Shown here: positions 39,965 to 51,051 of the stretch, piece by piece
Position numbering within the stretch: the first letter of the stretch is position 1
Layout: each line of letters starts with the position of its first letter
NCBI GenBank assembly: GCA_977016875.1
Contig: CDRNST010000013.1
Span: 868,001 to 932,000 of the forward strand
Direction: 5' to 3'
DNA length: 64,000 bases
Source: Pavona decussata
Lineage: Eukaryota
The notes under the pieces: generated by a model
Told to the model about the DNA's origin: nothing
What the model saw: the letters and a program-made list of their open reading frames with translations, nothing else
Database searches by the model: none
Position numbers and translations under genes: made by a program

Positions 39965-42472
39965 AGACCGAAGTTAGAACAAGGGTGGGGTAGGGGGATG
40001 GGAGGAGGGTAATCATAGGGATACGTTCTTCAGTATCACGACCCAACTACCACGCCAAACCCTAACCTAAGCGTACGTCAATCGTGGGAGCACTGTCATA
40101 CAGACTTTCTTCTTAGAATCCATGTCACTAAGATGCTGTAGGGGATTTATATAAGTTTGCCCTCTGCAGGAAATTTGTTTTCCCGCTTGCACCCGCGCAA
40201 TGTTGTTTTCAAAATCTTCCAGTCCCCACCCCCCTCCCTTTAATAAAAAAAATGAAAAGGGCCGTCCTTTACCCCAAATGCATTTGTTTTCACTCACTTT
40301 AAATTCAAAGTTAGCACAAGGGTGGGGTAGGGGACTGGGGGAGACGAAGAGTGAACAGGGTGTGGTTACGAACTCTTAGCTATTTTCCACTACCCACTGA
40401 GCTGAGCAATAGCTGAGTGCGCGAAGGACAAAAACGGGAAGTTGTCCCGTTTTAACTTGAAAGAAAAACGTATATTGAGCGAAAGCAATTGAGTGAATTA
40501 CTGTATTAAATATTTGGAACAAAAGACATGAAAAAGTCTTGTGTATGTTTATATCGATATCATGATGGAAAATGTTAATTAAATTATTGTAGTGGCCATG
40601 TAATGAACCGTTAAATGCATTGCGTGCAACATTAACAAGAAAAAGAAATTGTTTGCATAGGAAAACGTCTTTCTCCCTCCCCCGTCAGAAAAAAAATAAT
40701 CACCTGGTCCGGAAGTGACGAAGACAAGATTGCGTGACACTCACTAGACCGAGATTTACGTCTTGCGCTTAGGAATTTTTTTTATTATACGAGAAACTAA
40801 ATGAATATCAAGAAGTTGCTCACTGAGAGGTAGATATTGGATTATATGGATTGATTTTCCGGAAAATTGTTGCACAAGCTTAGCCTGGAACCGGCATACA
40901 AGCTCGATGTCAAGATATGACCCTAAATTATAACGCGCGGTAACAAGAAAGCAATGGAAAAATTAACTGACTAACTTTGCCTTCAAACACCCATTTGGAA
41001 GGTAGGCTGGCGTCGAAGTATTATCTCAGGTTTACTGGGTAGTTTTAATGGGAAATGGCAGGGTTTTTCAGTGGTTTGCTCAGAAAGCGAGCTAAGGCTA
41101 GTCGAATGTTGTTCACATTTCTTGGTTAAACAACATCTCTTCAAAAGGTCAAATTGGGTCAACTTGCATGGGGCTGCTCGCCTCAGAAATAACTTTTGCC
41201 AAGAAAAAAATTATATCACGTTCAAAAACAGCTCCTTTACTTGCTAGAATTGAATTTTGAAAGAATTCTACGTAATACCGAGTACGTTTTGAGATGTTTG
41301 AAAACGGTATGGAATTTTTGATTTTCAAAGTCTAGAAATTTCGGTTCTCTTCGCTTGCTCTCCAGGAATTCGGAATTATAATTGTAAGTCTAAAGTGTCA
41401 TCAAAGCAGCTTAGCAATACCTCCTAAATAAAATTATAAACTAAAGAAAACCATAATTTGCTATGCGCCTTCACGCGAGTTCGATTATCTGATGATGTAA
41501 TTTGACCTCATTTCTGAGATTTTTCGGCTTCACGGGTTGTCGACAGTTTTTCTTTATTTTTCTCAAAAATGTAAAAACTCTAGAACCTAAAACTTATATC
41601 ACGATTCTTAGCATACCATAGGTTATCTCTGGACGAAATATCAAGGGGTCCATTTTCCCAACCTTGTGCCACATTTTTTCAATCTCACTCGGTCCCTATA
41701 GAGAGTCGCTCTTAAAGGCTTTTTATCTTGGTTTCTCTCTTGGTATCTAAGCACACAACTGTAAAATGGCTTACCGGTATTTGCCTTTTTTATTTTGATT
41801 TTGGTTTGGTCTGTATGCTAATGAACTATGCTGAGATTCATTGTCCCTTTACTTATGTTCCTGTTTAGACTATGTGGAAGATGTGAAACTTCTTCTTTTT
41901 ACCATGACCAAACCTGAGATGATGGAAGTATATAACAGATACTCAGCAAAGGCACCGGAGTCATAAACTGCACAGTTTGAAGATTGCAAAGATAAACAGT
42001 CTGCAGTGGAGACACACAAAGAGAAATACGAAAATAGAGGAAGTAGTCAACTTTTCCCATCAGGATAGTTTTTCTTATTTTTAAAGTCAGGCCCTTTTTG
42101 TTTACTACAAGCATATTTCCAGAAAATATCCTTAATTTCATAAGGGATTCAGAACTTCTGGGGAGGGTGGGTGGCTTCTGAAAAAAAAAGCCATAAAATT
42201 TAATTGGAATTTCCAGAGGGGTGGGGGTTCACTCAAAAAAAAAATTCTTCTGTAGCAAGGTACATTAATTTTATGGATATGACATTAAAAAACAGTTTCA
42301 GAACACGATATTGTCTTGAATTGATTGAACAATGATCGATGGTTACTTTATTCATCCAAGCTGTCTGCCATGGATGCCACTTTCCTCCATTAATTGGCTG
42401 CTCGACTGTGCTACTTGCACAAGCTTGCTTTTGAGAGATATCTTTTAAAATTTGTTTTTGAAACCACCAAAA

Positions 42473-42723
42473 TAGGGGCCTCTTCATATGATCCCGGTTG
42501 CCTGGTTTCCAAGATCTCGGTACACCACTAAATCCTTTGTAACAATTTTGCAGTGTTCATATGAGAGGGTGGGATGGCTCGGTTGCTTAGATATTGGTTT
42601 TTCCAATCAATATCTCGGCAACCAGGCTGAAAATTTTTCGATTTGAACACTCCATCTTAGTTACCGACAAAATTCGTTTGGGGAAGGTCAAACTGGTCAA
42701 CTGGGCTCATATGAACAGGCCTA
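42473..42723. mobile_element. MITE
   Basis: Imperfect TIRs TAGGGGCCTCTTCATATGATCCCGGTTG / CAACTGGGCTCATATGAACAGGCCTA. Confidence 0.7.
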
Positions 42724-44071
42724 AGAAAGATTTGTATTCCTTTTTTGTGAAGGTGCAGAGCAAGACATTATGGCACAACGCTCTTCTAATTTGGTTGAAA
42801 CAGAAGACATCAGCAGTTCCAGGACAACTAGAAAGTGTTCTAAATGTAAAAGGCCAGGAGAAGGCAAGGAGAACATGTACCACGTGAAATGGGCTAGCAG
42901 TCAGAAAATCAACCTCTTGGCATGTTTTTTTTTTATAGACTGAGCCTGCTTAACAGTGTAAATTATTCATTTGTATATACAGAGAATTGCACCATATGCT
43001 GAAGTTCTTGTTCCAATATTGTTCTTTGCATGTCAGCCAGTAGCAAGCTATGTTCACAACCTTAGCTTTTCTGAAAAAATTTTTTTGTAGACCATGAATG
43101 GCAATCCAGGGCATAATCCTAAGACGCCAATGTGCATAGTACACATGGGTAAATTTCCATTTTTCTTTTCCCAATATGCTACAGTATGGTTGGCACTATT
43201 AAATGGTGGAGACAAATGTTGTGTTTTCTGTTTTTATCACTTTACCATGTTTTCCTAACTCCAGTGAAACAGCTATTTTAATGCAGTAGGCATAGGCATT
43301 CAGATTTTACATGGACCTCAAGTCTTCAATGATAGTTTGTTTTGACCTTCCATGTTAGAAATACAAGGGGTGTAACATTCACAAAATAGGAAAGCATATA
43401 AGCATACTAAGATCCTTTTCATGTCACATTAATACAGAATGACTGGGTTGCATAGGAAGCTGGTGGCAAGGCATTTTGCGCGCCTGTTTTTTTTTTTTTT
43501 TTCGCTCCGCTCTGGACGAACTATAAGAAAATAAAGGGACTGCTCGTAGTCTAGGGTTGCCAGTCCCACAAAGTCACTTGAATCCATAGCCTTCCCCAAC
43601 ATGTAGTAATACAGCATTATGTAGGCTAGTTAAACTTTCTTAGGGAAGACACTGTCAGTATTATAAGGATAACAACAGGTAGCCCAAGTTCAACATTGGA
43701 GTATATTTGCAACCTCGCTTCAATCGTTTATTTGTTTGTCTTGTTTTGTCTGCCGCTTTCTGTCCAGATTTCAAGATCAGTTATCATCCGCAAGCAACAT
43801 GGGCCCAAAAATTAGCAACAGCACTCAAAAACAACAGTTGGGTAAAATTAAATATGTCAGGGATTTGAAGGTCAAATGAATCAGGACATTTTGAAATTCA
43901 GACAAGTGACCTGGGAGCCCCCCTCACCAGGTCCTATTATATATATCGCTGGGCCTCTTATTTCACCCCTGTTGAGATTGGGATACCTGTGTGTTTAAAT
44001 GAAAACTCCACATGGCATCGATTTCCTCTGAGGGTGATTATCAATTCTCAAAATGAAAATAAATTTGATAA

Positions 44072-45286
44072 TTATATAATAAAATAAAACTTTTCATCTC
44101 TATAGCCTCTTGACTGTCTGTGCAAAGTCTGGAAACATGTTCTTATGTTGTGATACACACAAGCAGGCAATGGTCGTCTATTCTCCCATCCCATGTAGCC
44201 ACAAATCCAGCGAACGATCCAACGAAAAGCAACTGCATGAATAAATCTGAAATGAAAAGACCATCAACATTCATTCACTTGCTTTTGCAATCACAGTTAA
44301 GCTTATACGAAATTCTAAGTTTGCTGTATATCTGATAGTTACGTAATGCAAGTGCCTTGTAGGCTCGTTTGGTCACATCACCATGACAACCATAGGCATT
44401 TTGTGGATGTGCACGTAAGAAATATTTCACATTGGTGTTCATTATAAGTAGACGCGTGGCTTTCCCACACCAATGGAAGCTAGTAAACGAAGTGACATAC
44501 CCCGATATCGACAAAGCAGTTTGTATATTATAATAAGCATTTGCAAAACCAAAGAAATCTCGGCAGAATGGAACTTACTCGTTTTCTTGAACTCCAGAAC
44601 GACAGCAATACGTTTGACCATCTTTGTCTCTCCGCAGTGGAGTGACTTGAAGCAGCACTGTTCCGTTGGTCAAAGCCAAATAATCTTCGTGTTGCGTTAT
44701 GCACGACGTGCGTTCAATCGATCCATCGAAGAGCAGTTTTGCTGATGCATTGGCAATTTCCCTCCAGCAACGGTACTCTAGCGAACCTACTAAGTTCTCG
44801 CTTTTGCATTCTGTAGATTGGCACCTGAAAATATGAAGTCAACGTTAAAACAGAAATGAGTTTACAGCAAAAACGTCAGGCCATTCAAAATGAAAAAAAA
44901 TATTTCATATTTTGATAGGTCTTTTGCTATCGAAAGATCAGACAGCCATATTCAGGATATAACATCAACAAGTCGCAAGCTCAAAGTAAATCTATCAGAC
45001 ATTGCTGCGCACAGGTTAAGAATATAAAAATACCTATACTGACCAACTGTTTACAGGAACTCTTTCCTCATATCGCGCTTCTAGCGCTTCCATCTTCGTC
45101 TAATTCTTCTTCGACATCGATTTCCTCTCCCCTGTTTTCGTCGCCAGCGTCAACTTGGGCCAGAGGTTTGTCTTGATATGGCGTAATTTCGCTGTAAATT
45201 ACATCGTAATCTTCATCGTTTCCCTCTTCGTCCTCGGGGTTACCGGACATACCTCAAAATTCGCTCATTTCTGAATTGCTAGACAT
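44072..45286 (-). pseudogene. KolX-like accessory gene with a P2X7 C-terminal (ballast)-like Cys-rich domain, 3 exons
   Basis: Exons 45286-45044 (acidic; has a stop and a frameshift), 44824-44579 and 44246-44072, with GT-AG ends and matching phase. Spliced product WCQSTEC..YRCWRE..CITQHEDY..FIHAVAFRWIVRWICGYMGWENRRPLPACVYHNIRTCF..RGY. Confidence 0.8.
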
Positions 45287-46117
45287 GTTTCCTTCCAAGC
45301 TCGCTCACCTCCCAACAAGGCACTATCACAACGCAAACAAACCCGTGGCAACAAAGTGACTTCACGGTTTGGTGAATTTGGAAAAATCTCGGCCCATTCC
45401 CATGGGCATTTTTTAGGGTAAAATAGCCTGACTTTCAAGGCTTGTAAAATCGTCATTTTTAAGCCTAGAGTTCTCAAACTTTGGAAACCTGCATTTTTTA
45501 AGGTAACCTTTAAAACTAAATAAAAAAAATTTTTGGTTCATTGGCACTTTAAAACAAGAGGTAAATATTGAAATCATCATTTTAAGAGGGCGTTATCAGT
45601 AATTTGTTTGGTGAAATTAGTGTCCTGCCATGCCAATGGAACTTTCAACCGTTAAGTTGCCATACCTTCATAATCAGATTCAACATTGACAGGTCCCAAT
45701 GGCTGCTGTGTACGAGAATCTGTAATAAACATTTCAATACAATTATTAATTGTTTCATATATAAACGCAGACTCATGGTTACAAATGTATAAATTATGTA
45801 AAACATTACTAATGGTAAAGAAAAAACACTGCATAATGTGGATAAGGATTTATTATCTAGTTATTTTTTAGCATGCAGACAAGAATATTTTGGTTGATTG
45901 TGATGTTGGAGCCAGTAAAAGTTTGTAGAAAAACTTGACCCTGCAAGAGAACCAATTTGCATTTGGCATTAAAACAGGCAGAAGTGTAGGATTTGTTTCC
46001 CCCTTTTTTAAATAATGTGGTAACTGCAGGACTGTTGTAATCATCTCTACTATTATCATTTTTGATATTGTTTCTTGTCATAAATAAATTTATTATCTTA
46101 ATAAGGTTATTACTTAC

Positions 46118-48213
46118 ATCCACTTGTTCTGCGTGATGTTAAAGAGCCGTGAAGAATCACTTGATGGGTAGGGTCAGGTCGAGGCACTGGAGGGGCAGGG
46201 TTTGGTTGGGTAACTGGATGGGTAGGGTTTAGTTGGGTCGCTGGAGGGATAGGGTTTGATTGGGCTGCTGGAGGGTTAGGGTGTGGTTGGGTCACTGGAG
46301 GGGTAGGGTTTGGTTGGATTGCTGGAAGGGGAGGGGTTTGGTTGGGTCACTGGAGGGGTAGGGTTTGGTTGGATTGCTGGAGGGGGGGGTTTGGTTGGGT
46401 CACTGGAGGGGTAGGGTTTGGTTGGATTGCAGGAGGAGTAGGGTTTGGTTGGGTCACTGGAGGAACAGAACCAGAACCAGAACCAGAACCAGAGGCTACA
46501 TTGGCAACAGATCTTGAATGTTGCGATGGAACTGAAATCAAGACAGCATCAACAGTGAGTATCTATGTGATTGCCCAAATATTAATAATTTACATTCCTT
46601 TTTCTTCTTTACTAGACTCTGATCATACAAAAATCAAGAGGTATTGTCTTTATTAGTCTCAATTTTTGGGGCTATATTTGATAATATAAATACTTAAATG
46701 CCAAAAATCTAATTCAAATTGATCTTTTTGCAGTAAAAGAAAATCACAGTGACTGAATGCATTGTGTTGAAGTGTTATAACTGTAAGCTTACCTTGAGTG
46801 TCTGACTTCAGGTATAGGTAAACCCTCTTTGAGGAAGGCTTACCAAAATGCTCCTTGATGGTTTTTGCATCAGGAACGCCAGAAAACACGCATTGCATTT
46901 TGCCTCTACTGAAGGATTTATATACACAAATCCAAAGGGAAAAAATGTAGTTAATAATTCAGCACAATTAAAGAAAACACAAACATACAAACGATTGAAG
47001 TCTGAAGAGATAGGAATGACTTTTGGTTTGAAGTGAAATGTCAAGTTTTGTCTTGTAAACATTGACAATAAAGGATCAAACTCTAGGATCTCTTGGCATT
47101 GTACGTGTTTTTTTTTTTTTTCTTTTTTTCATTTTTTTTGTTGTTGTTTGTTATTTTCTTCATGCAGTGAACCATGAGTAAACTTCTTTTTGGCCCGTGT
47201 GCTCATTCTCGACCCCAGAGCCACTTGGCTTAGACTATGTCATACACATGTGCAAAAGGGAAGAACTCTGATAATGAACGAGGGCTCTGGCCAAGTCAAC
47301 AAATCAGTCGTTCTGCGCAGGGTGACAAAATGCTGCGCATTTTGGCTTAGAAATTTAAGAAATTGTTGGTTTTACCAATAAAAAAGGGAACAAAATATAA
47401 ACAATAACGATGTTTTAGCAAATAGGTAATTTATTAGTTCTTACCACTGGTGTTTGATTTCATATTGTCGGGAGAGAAACCCACTGAAAAGAAGTCTACT
47501 ATTATAGTTTAATTTCACCGCTTTATGTGCTCAATTGTGACCAAAAAGTAAAAACGAGGAAGTTGGTTAAGTGTTTGTACTAAAAGGGAATCGTGAGGTC
47601 ACGGAAGAGGATGTCAACAGGAAACATTGCTTGATTTGATGTGTATGTGCCAAGAGAAATGGCCCGCAAAGAGAAGCACAAGGAAAATAAAGAAAAAACA
47701 TATCTCAATAGAACTGATCCCGCTCAAAGTGTTAACAAGGCACGAATTTGTGGCTCCGCTGTAAATTTACTTTTGGATAACTGAACCAACACACAAATTG
47801 TTTGAACGAAGCAATACTAGAACAGTGGCAAGCCAACACTGACAAAGCGCAATGTACTTTGACCTTGCCATGATTCCGCGCGGCTCTAAGAGCTCAATCG
47901 CGAGCTTAGAACAGCCGTAACAATGTGGCATTTTCTGTTGAGATCTACACTATAAAAAGATAAACAGTTACCTTGTTAAATTGGCGTTGCTCAATCCTGG
48001 AAAATTCTTTTTGATGAGGTAACTCATGTTGCCGTCGTTCATTCCCAGAGTCAAGGAAATCTCCTTGACTCTACCCTTTCTGTTGAGCTGGTCCCAATCT
48101 TTTCCTTGTGGTGTTGAAGTACATTTTTCTTCTAACCAAAGAAACTCGTACTTGATTTCCTTTGATCGTCTGTGTTGGTTTTGATTCGAGTCAGAATCAC
48201 TTGATGAAGCCAT
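46118..48213 (-). pseudogene. 5' exons of an unidentified spliced gene, probably degenerate
   Basis: Exon 48213-47972 MASSSDSD..GRVKEISL..IKKNFPGL with a GT donor. Exon about 46933-46793 (acceptor is not AG). Pro-rich exon about 46561-46118. Possible further exons beyond the Kolobok, e.g. RKKQDEEFRKSLLNDRK ending at 17767. Confidence 0.45.
46165..46493. repeat. G-rich minisatellite (unit about 27-30 bp) followed by (CCAGAA)n
   Basis: About 10 copies of GGTTGGGTCACTGGAGGGGTAGGGTTT variants. The minus strand reads (PPVTQPNPT)n. Confidence 0.9.
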
Positions 48214-49076
48214 GATAGTCAACGCGTTTGCAATCAGTCTGCTTTGCCTGGTAAATGGCACACGCGTGTTATTTACCATAGACCCCCAACGACCAAACAG
48301 AAATTTGTGTAGCTGTCCGTGCTTTGTCTATTTGTACAGCATTGTTTATGACCTTCGCAGTAAAATCCCTCGCGTACGACAACTGGAAGCAAACACAAAG
48401 CTGATATCTCCTGTCATGCCAAATTCGGACCAAATTGAATACTCATACGGTTGAATAAATACTTTAAATAAGATTGAATATTTTGCATCTGTACTCCTCT
48501 TAACCTTTGTTACTTCCTATGGCAAGATTTGTCATGGTTGTCCAAGCCGTCATTTTGCAAGCCTCTTCTGGTATTTTAAAGTTACTTTATCGGGGGTCCA
48601 GATCTAAGGTGTTGTGCGCTTGTTCTCAGAGCACCATTGTTATCTGTCACATGCTTCAAACAATGCCGCAATTTTAACTGAGATTTTTTCAGCACTTTTA
48701 TAAGCCTGGCGTAGTAAAATCGACAAATTCATTTACTGTGCCAAATTGATCCATTCATGATTTTATGGACGTCAATGACATCAAACCGGTAATAGATACA
48801 TGTCATACCCAAAAACAGTTAAGAAAATAGGTGTGTGCGTTTGCTTTTCCAGTGCAATAAACGTTATTAAATAATTTCCTTTAATAATAAGAAGTAAACT
48901 CGCGCACTTGTGAAGATTTTCCCAAATTTATCAATTAGCTGATAAAATTCGATTAGCCTGAGGAAAACAAATTTAAGTTTTAATCACATGGTGATTGTTA
49001 TAGGAACTGCATTTTCTCTGTTTTATTTGTTCCATCTGCACGGCAGTAGCCAACACAATTAGTGTTTTAATATTAG

Positions 49077-50114
49077 GTGTTGTTATAATTAACTCACACT
49101 GGCCAGCCCCTGTTGTGACAGCCTGTGTCCATGCCTTGTGGACACAGTGCATGCAAGACCTGTCTGGAAGAGATGCTGTCCAAAAGTGTGCGAGGGAAAA
49201 CCTGCTCTCTCTGCCGAGAGACGAGTAACCCCGGGAAGTTGAACATCAACCTTGCAGTAAGGGCGTTAATTCCCAAAATAGGTGTGCGCTGCAACAATGT
49301 CAGTTGCACATGGAACGGGGAGCATTGCGAGATGAAAAACCATAGCGACACTTGCCAATGAATGGTACTTTAGTGCCCAAATGGTTGGAATGAGAGCCAC
49401 ACTCGAGAACGCCTGGACCACCTAGCGGCCTGTCTGTATCAAAAAAATGCCGTGCAGATTTTGCAAGGTGGGAGTGCCACGATTTAATCTAGACACTCAC
49501 ACTGAAAACTGCCCAGAGGGTCCTCAGCTATGTCCGCTTCAGTGCGGAGCGCTATTGCCAAGGTACGTTGCTTAAGAACAATCGGCTAAGACAGTGTTTA
49601 ATAACCGTTTACTGGTTCAGTAATGAAGGGTGTCATTAGTGTACCAGAATTTCGTGGGGAGGTGTACATGAGCACGGAAGGTGGTAATATCCGAATTTGT
49701 ATACCATGGCATTTAAAATACAGCCAATCAGAATGCAGGAAAACCGTTATCATTCGGCGAGATTCCACCAAACCTTCCCATCGTGCACAGTATCGATCGT
49801 GTAAGGTTATGTATTTTCTATGACGTGGTATAAAATAGCTAGTCAAAAGTTTTCTCGTTATTTACCCGCTTGTCACTTGTACAGTTCTTATTCTTCATTT
49901 ATGTAATTAACACATTCTTTGTCGTGTTTTCAGATCACATATTTACCTGCACCTTGGCGACTGTCCGAAGCGTATGGTAAAGTGTGCCATCAAAGGATGT
50001 CACAGCTTTTATGCACTTGGTGCGGAGAGCGATCATGACCAACAATATCAGGAAAGTCACCAGGTGCTGCTTAAAAATGAAGTTAAGAGGCTCGGACGCT
50101 TGTTGTTCAATAAG
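49077..50114 (+). pseudogene. TRAF-type RING finger + TRAF zinc-finger pseudogene
   Basis: PVSMPCGHSACKTC..CSLCR (RING) followed by CNNVSCTW..HSDTC, CPNG..HLAAC, C..HTENCP, CPLQC..HLGDCP and CAIKGC. Exons 49077-49562 and 49934-50114, with several stops. No clear MATH domain seen. Confidence 0.75.
49700..49832. mobile_element. Short MITE-like repeat in an intron
   Basis: TATACCATGGCATTTAAAATACA is inverted to TGTATTTTCTATGACGTGGTATA. Confidence 0.55.
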
Positions 50115-50852
50115 GTAGATGAACTCCCTTACGTTGTGTATAAGATATAAGAGATCAATAAATTCACAGTAGGCGCCCCAGGCCAGGCGAGAATTGCTAA
50201 GAATTTGCTCAAATTTAAGCAGATGGCTATGAATTTTGAAATTTGATTGTATCAACTTCCAGAGCAGTAATTTAGATTAATACCACTATATAGTTCAGTA
50301 GTAGAACGTGTAAAGTAGTCAATGAATTGTACACTTTTTTAAAAGGTGGCTTTAAATATATTTGATAAGCTGACGGAAAAGTGGAGAGAAAGCTAAAGGA
50401 AAGGAAGAGTTTTCGGTGGAATTTGAAAGCTCTTTGACATAGAAGATGGAAAAGATGCAGCAAGTCCCTTCTTCCACTTGGAACAGAGCTTGTTTAGATG
50501 CATCTGGCAGAAACGTCCATTCCACCAAAAATGGCTTTAGAGCAGGTGGTGTCCTCTGAGCCACTCACTATAAGAGCAAGGGGATGAGCATTTTATACTA
50601 ATGAGGCCTTTCAACATTTAGTGTTGGCTTGCAAAGTAAATCTAGGGAAAAGGGAGGGAGAAATTTTGTTGTACATAGTCAGGACTACATCACAGTGTTG
50701 GGAATGCTTTTATATTGCTTTACGTACCTGTTCCAACAAGAAACATATATGTTTCTGATTGTGATTTTGATCGTTATGTCACTAGTGCCAAGGCTTCCCA
50801 ACGCTTGACGCATAATCATAAGTTATGGTTGATCTGTTTTCGTTACAGTGCA

Positions 50853-51051
50853 ACGCGCCTTACCGTGGCCACCGAACAAACTTTTTTTACAAGTTAGCCA
50901 ATCAGGATACGCAAATTTGATAACGGACACGCCTCCTTGCAAAGTACAACAGGAAGTGATGCAAAAACGAATTATTGAAAACATGTTGTTTTGCATTTTA
51001 TGGCTAACTTGTGCAAAAAAAAGTTTATTGGGTGGCCACGGTAAGGCGCGT
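50853..51051. mobile_element. Hairpin MITE with about 50-bp TIRs
   Basis: ACGCGCCTTACCGTGGCCACC..ACAAGTTAGCCA vs TGGCTAACTTGT..GGTGGCCACGGTAAGGCGCGT. Confidence 0.8.

Larger units (their letters stand above)
33174..41711 (+). mobile_element. Full-length Sola3 DNA transposon
   Basis: TTAA at 33170-33173 and 41712-41715, GAG..CTC termini. High-identity TIRs about 33174-33897 vs 40977-41711, decaying inward to about 1 kb. Contains the transposase gene. Confidence 0.92.
32997..41773. mobile_element. MITE split in two by the Sola3 insertion (32997-33173 and 41712-41773)
   Basis: TAGACCATTTTACAGTT at 32997 is inverted to AACTGTAAAATGGCTTA ending at 41773. About 235 bp once the Sola3 is removed. 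Confidence 0.65.
23088..42887 (+). pseudogene. Spliced Kolobok THAP-DDE transposase, inactivated
   Basis: Exon 23088-23455 is a THAP domain (YCVAG..C..FP..LCSAHF..AIPT). Further exons at about 23909-24357, 24669-24898, 25191-25427, 26332-26490 (GDGRFDSMGHSAKYG), 26693-27115 (ISGRH, FDIWH), 32139-32308 (QTSCLEEFH), 32607-32755 (LHFNEN), 41869-42064 and about 42753-42887 (RKCSKC). Several stops. Confidence 0.82.
22868..45548 (+). mobile_element. Kolobok-type DNA transposon (THAP-DDE transposase plus convergent KolX-like gene), expanded to 22.7 kb by nested insertions
   Basis: TTAA at 22864-22867 and 45549-45552. Termini AGTGCCTATGAACC..GGTTCATTGGCACT (RR..YY). Imperfect TIRs of about 145 bp (22868-23010 vs 45405-45548). 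Two convergent genes start near the two ends. Confidence 0.88.

Noticed and set aside
46165-46465. Possible CRISPR array or telomeric repeat (TAGGGTTT-like)
   Set aside because: Tandem units have no unique spacers and no TTAGGG array, and the context is eukaryotic. It is a minisatellite.
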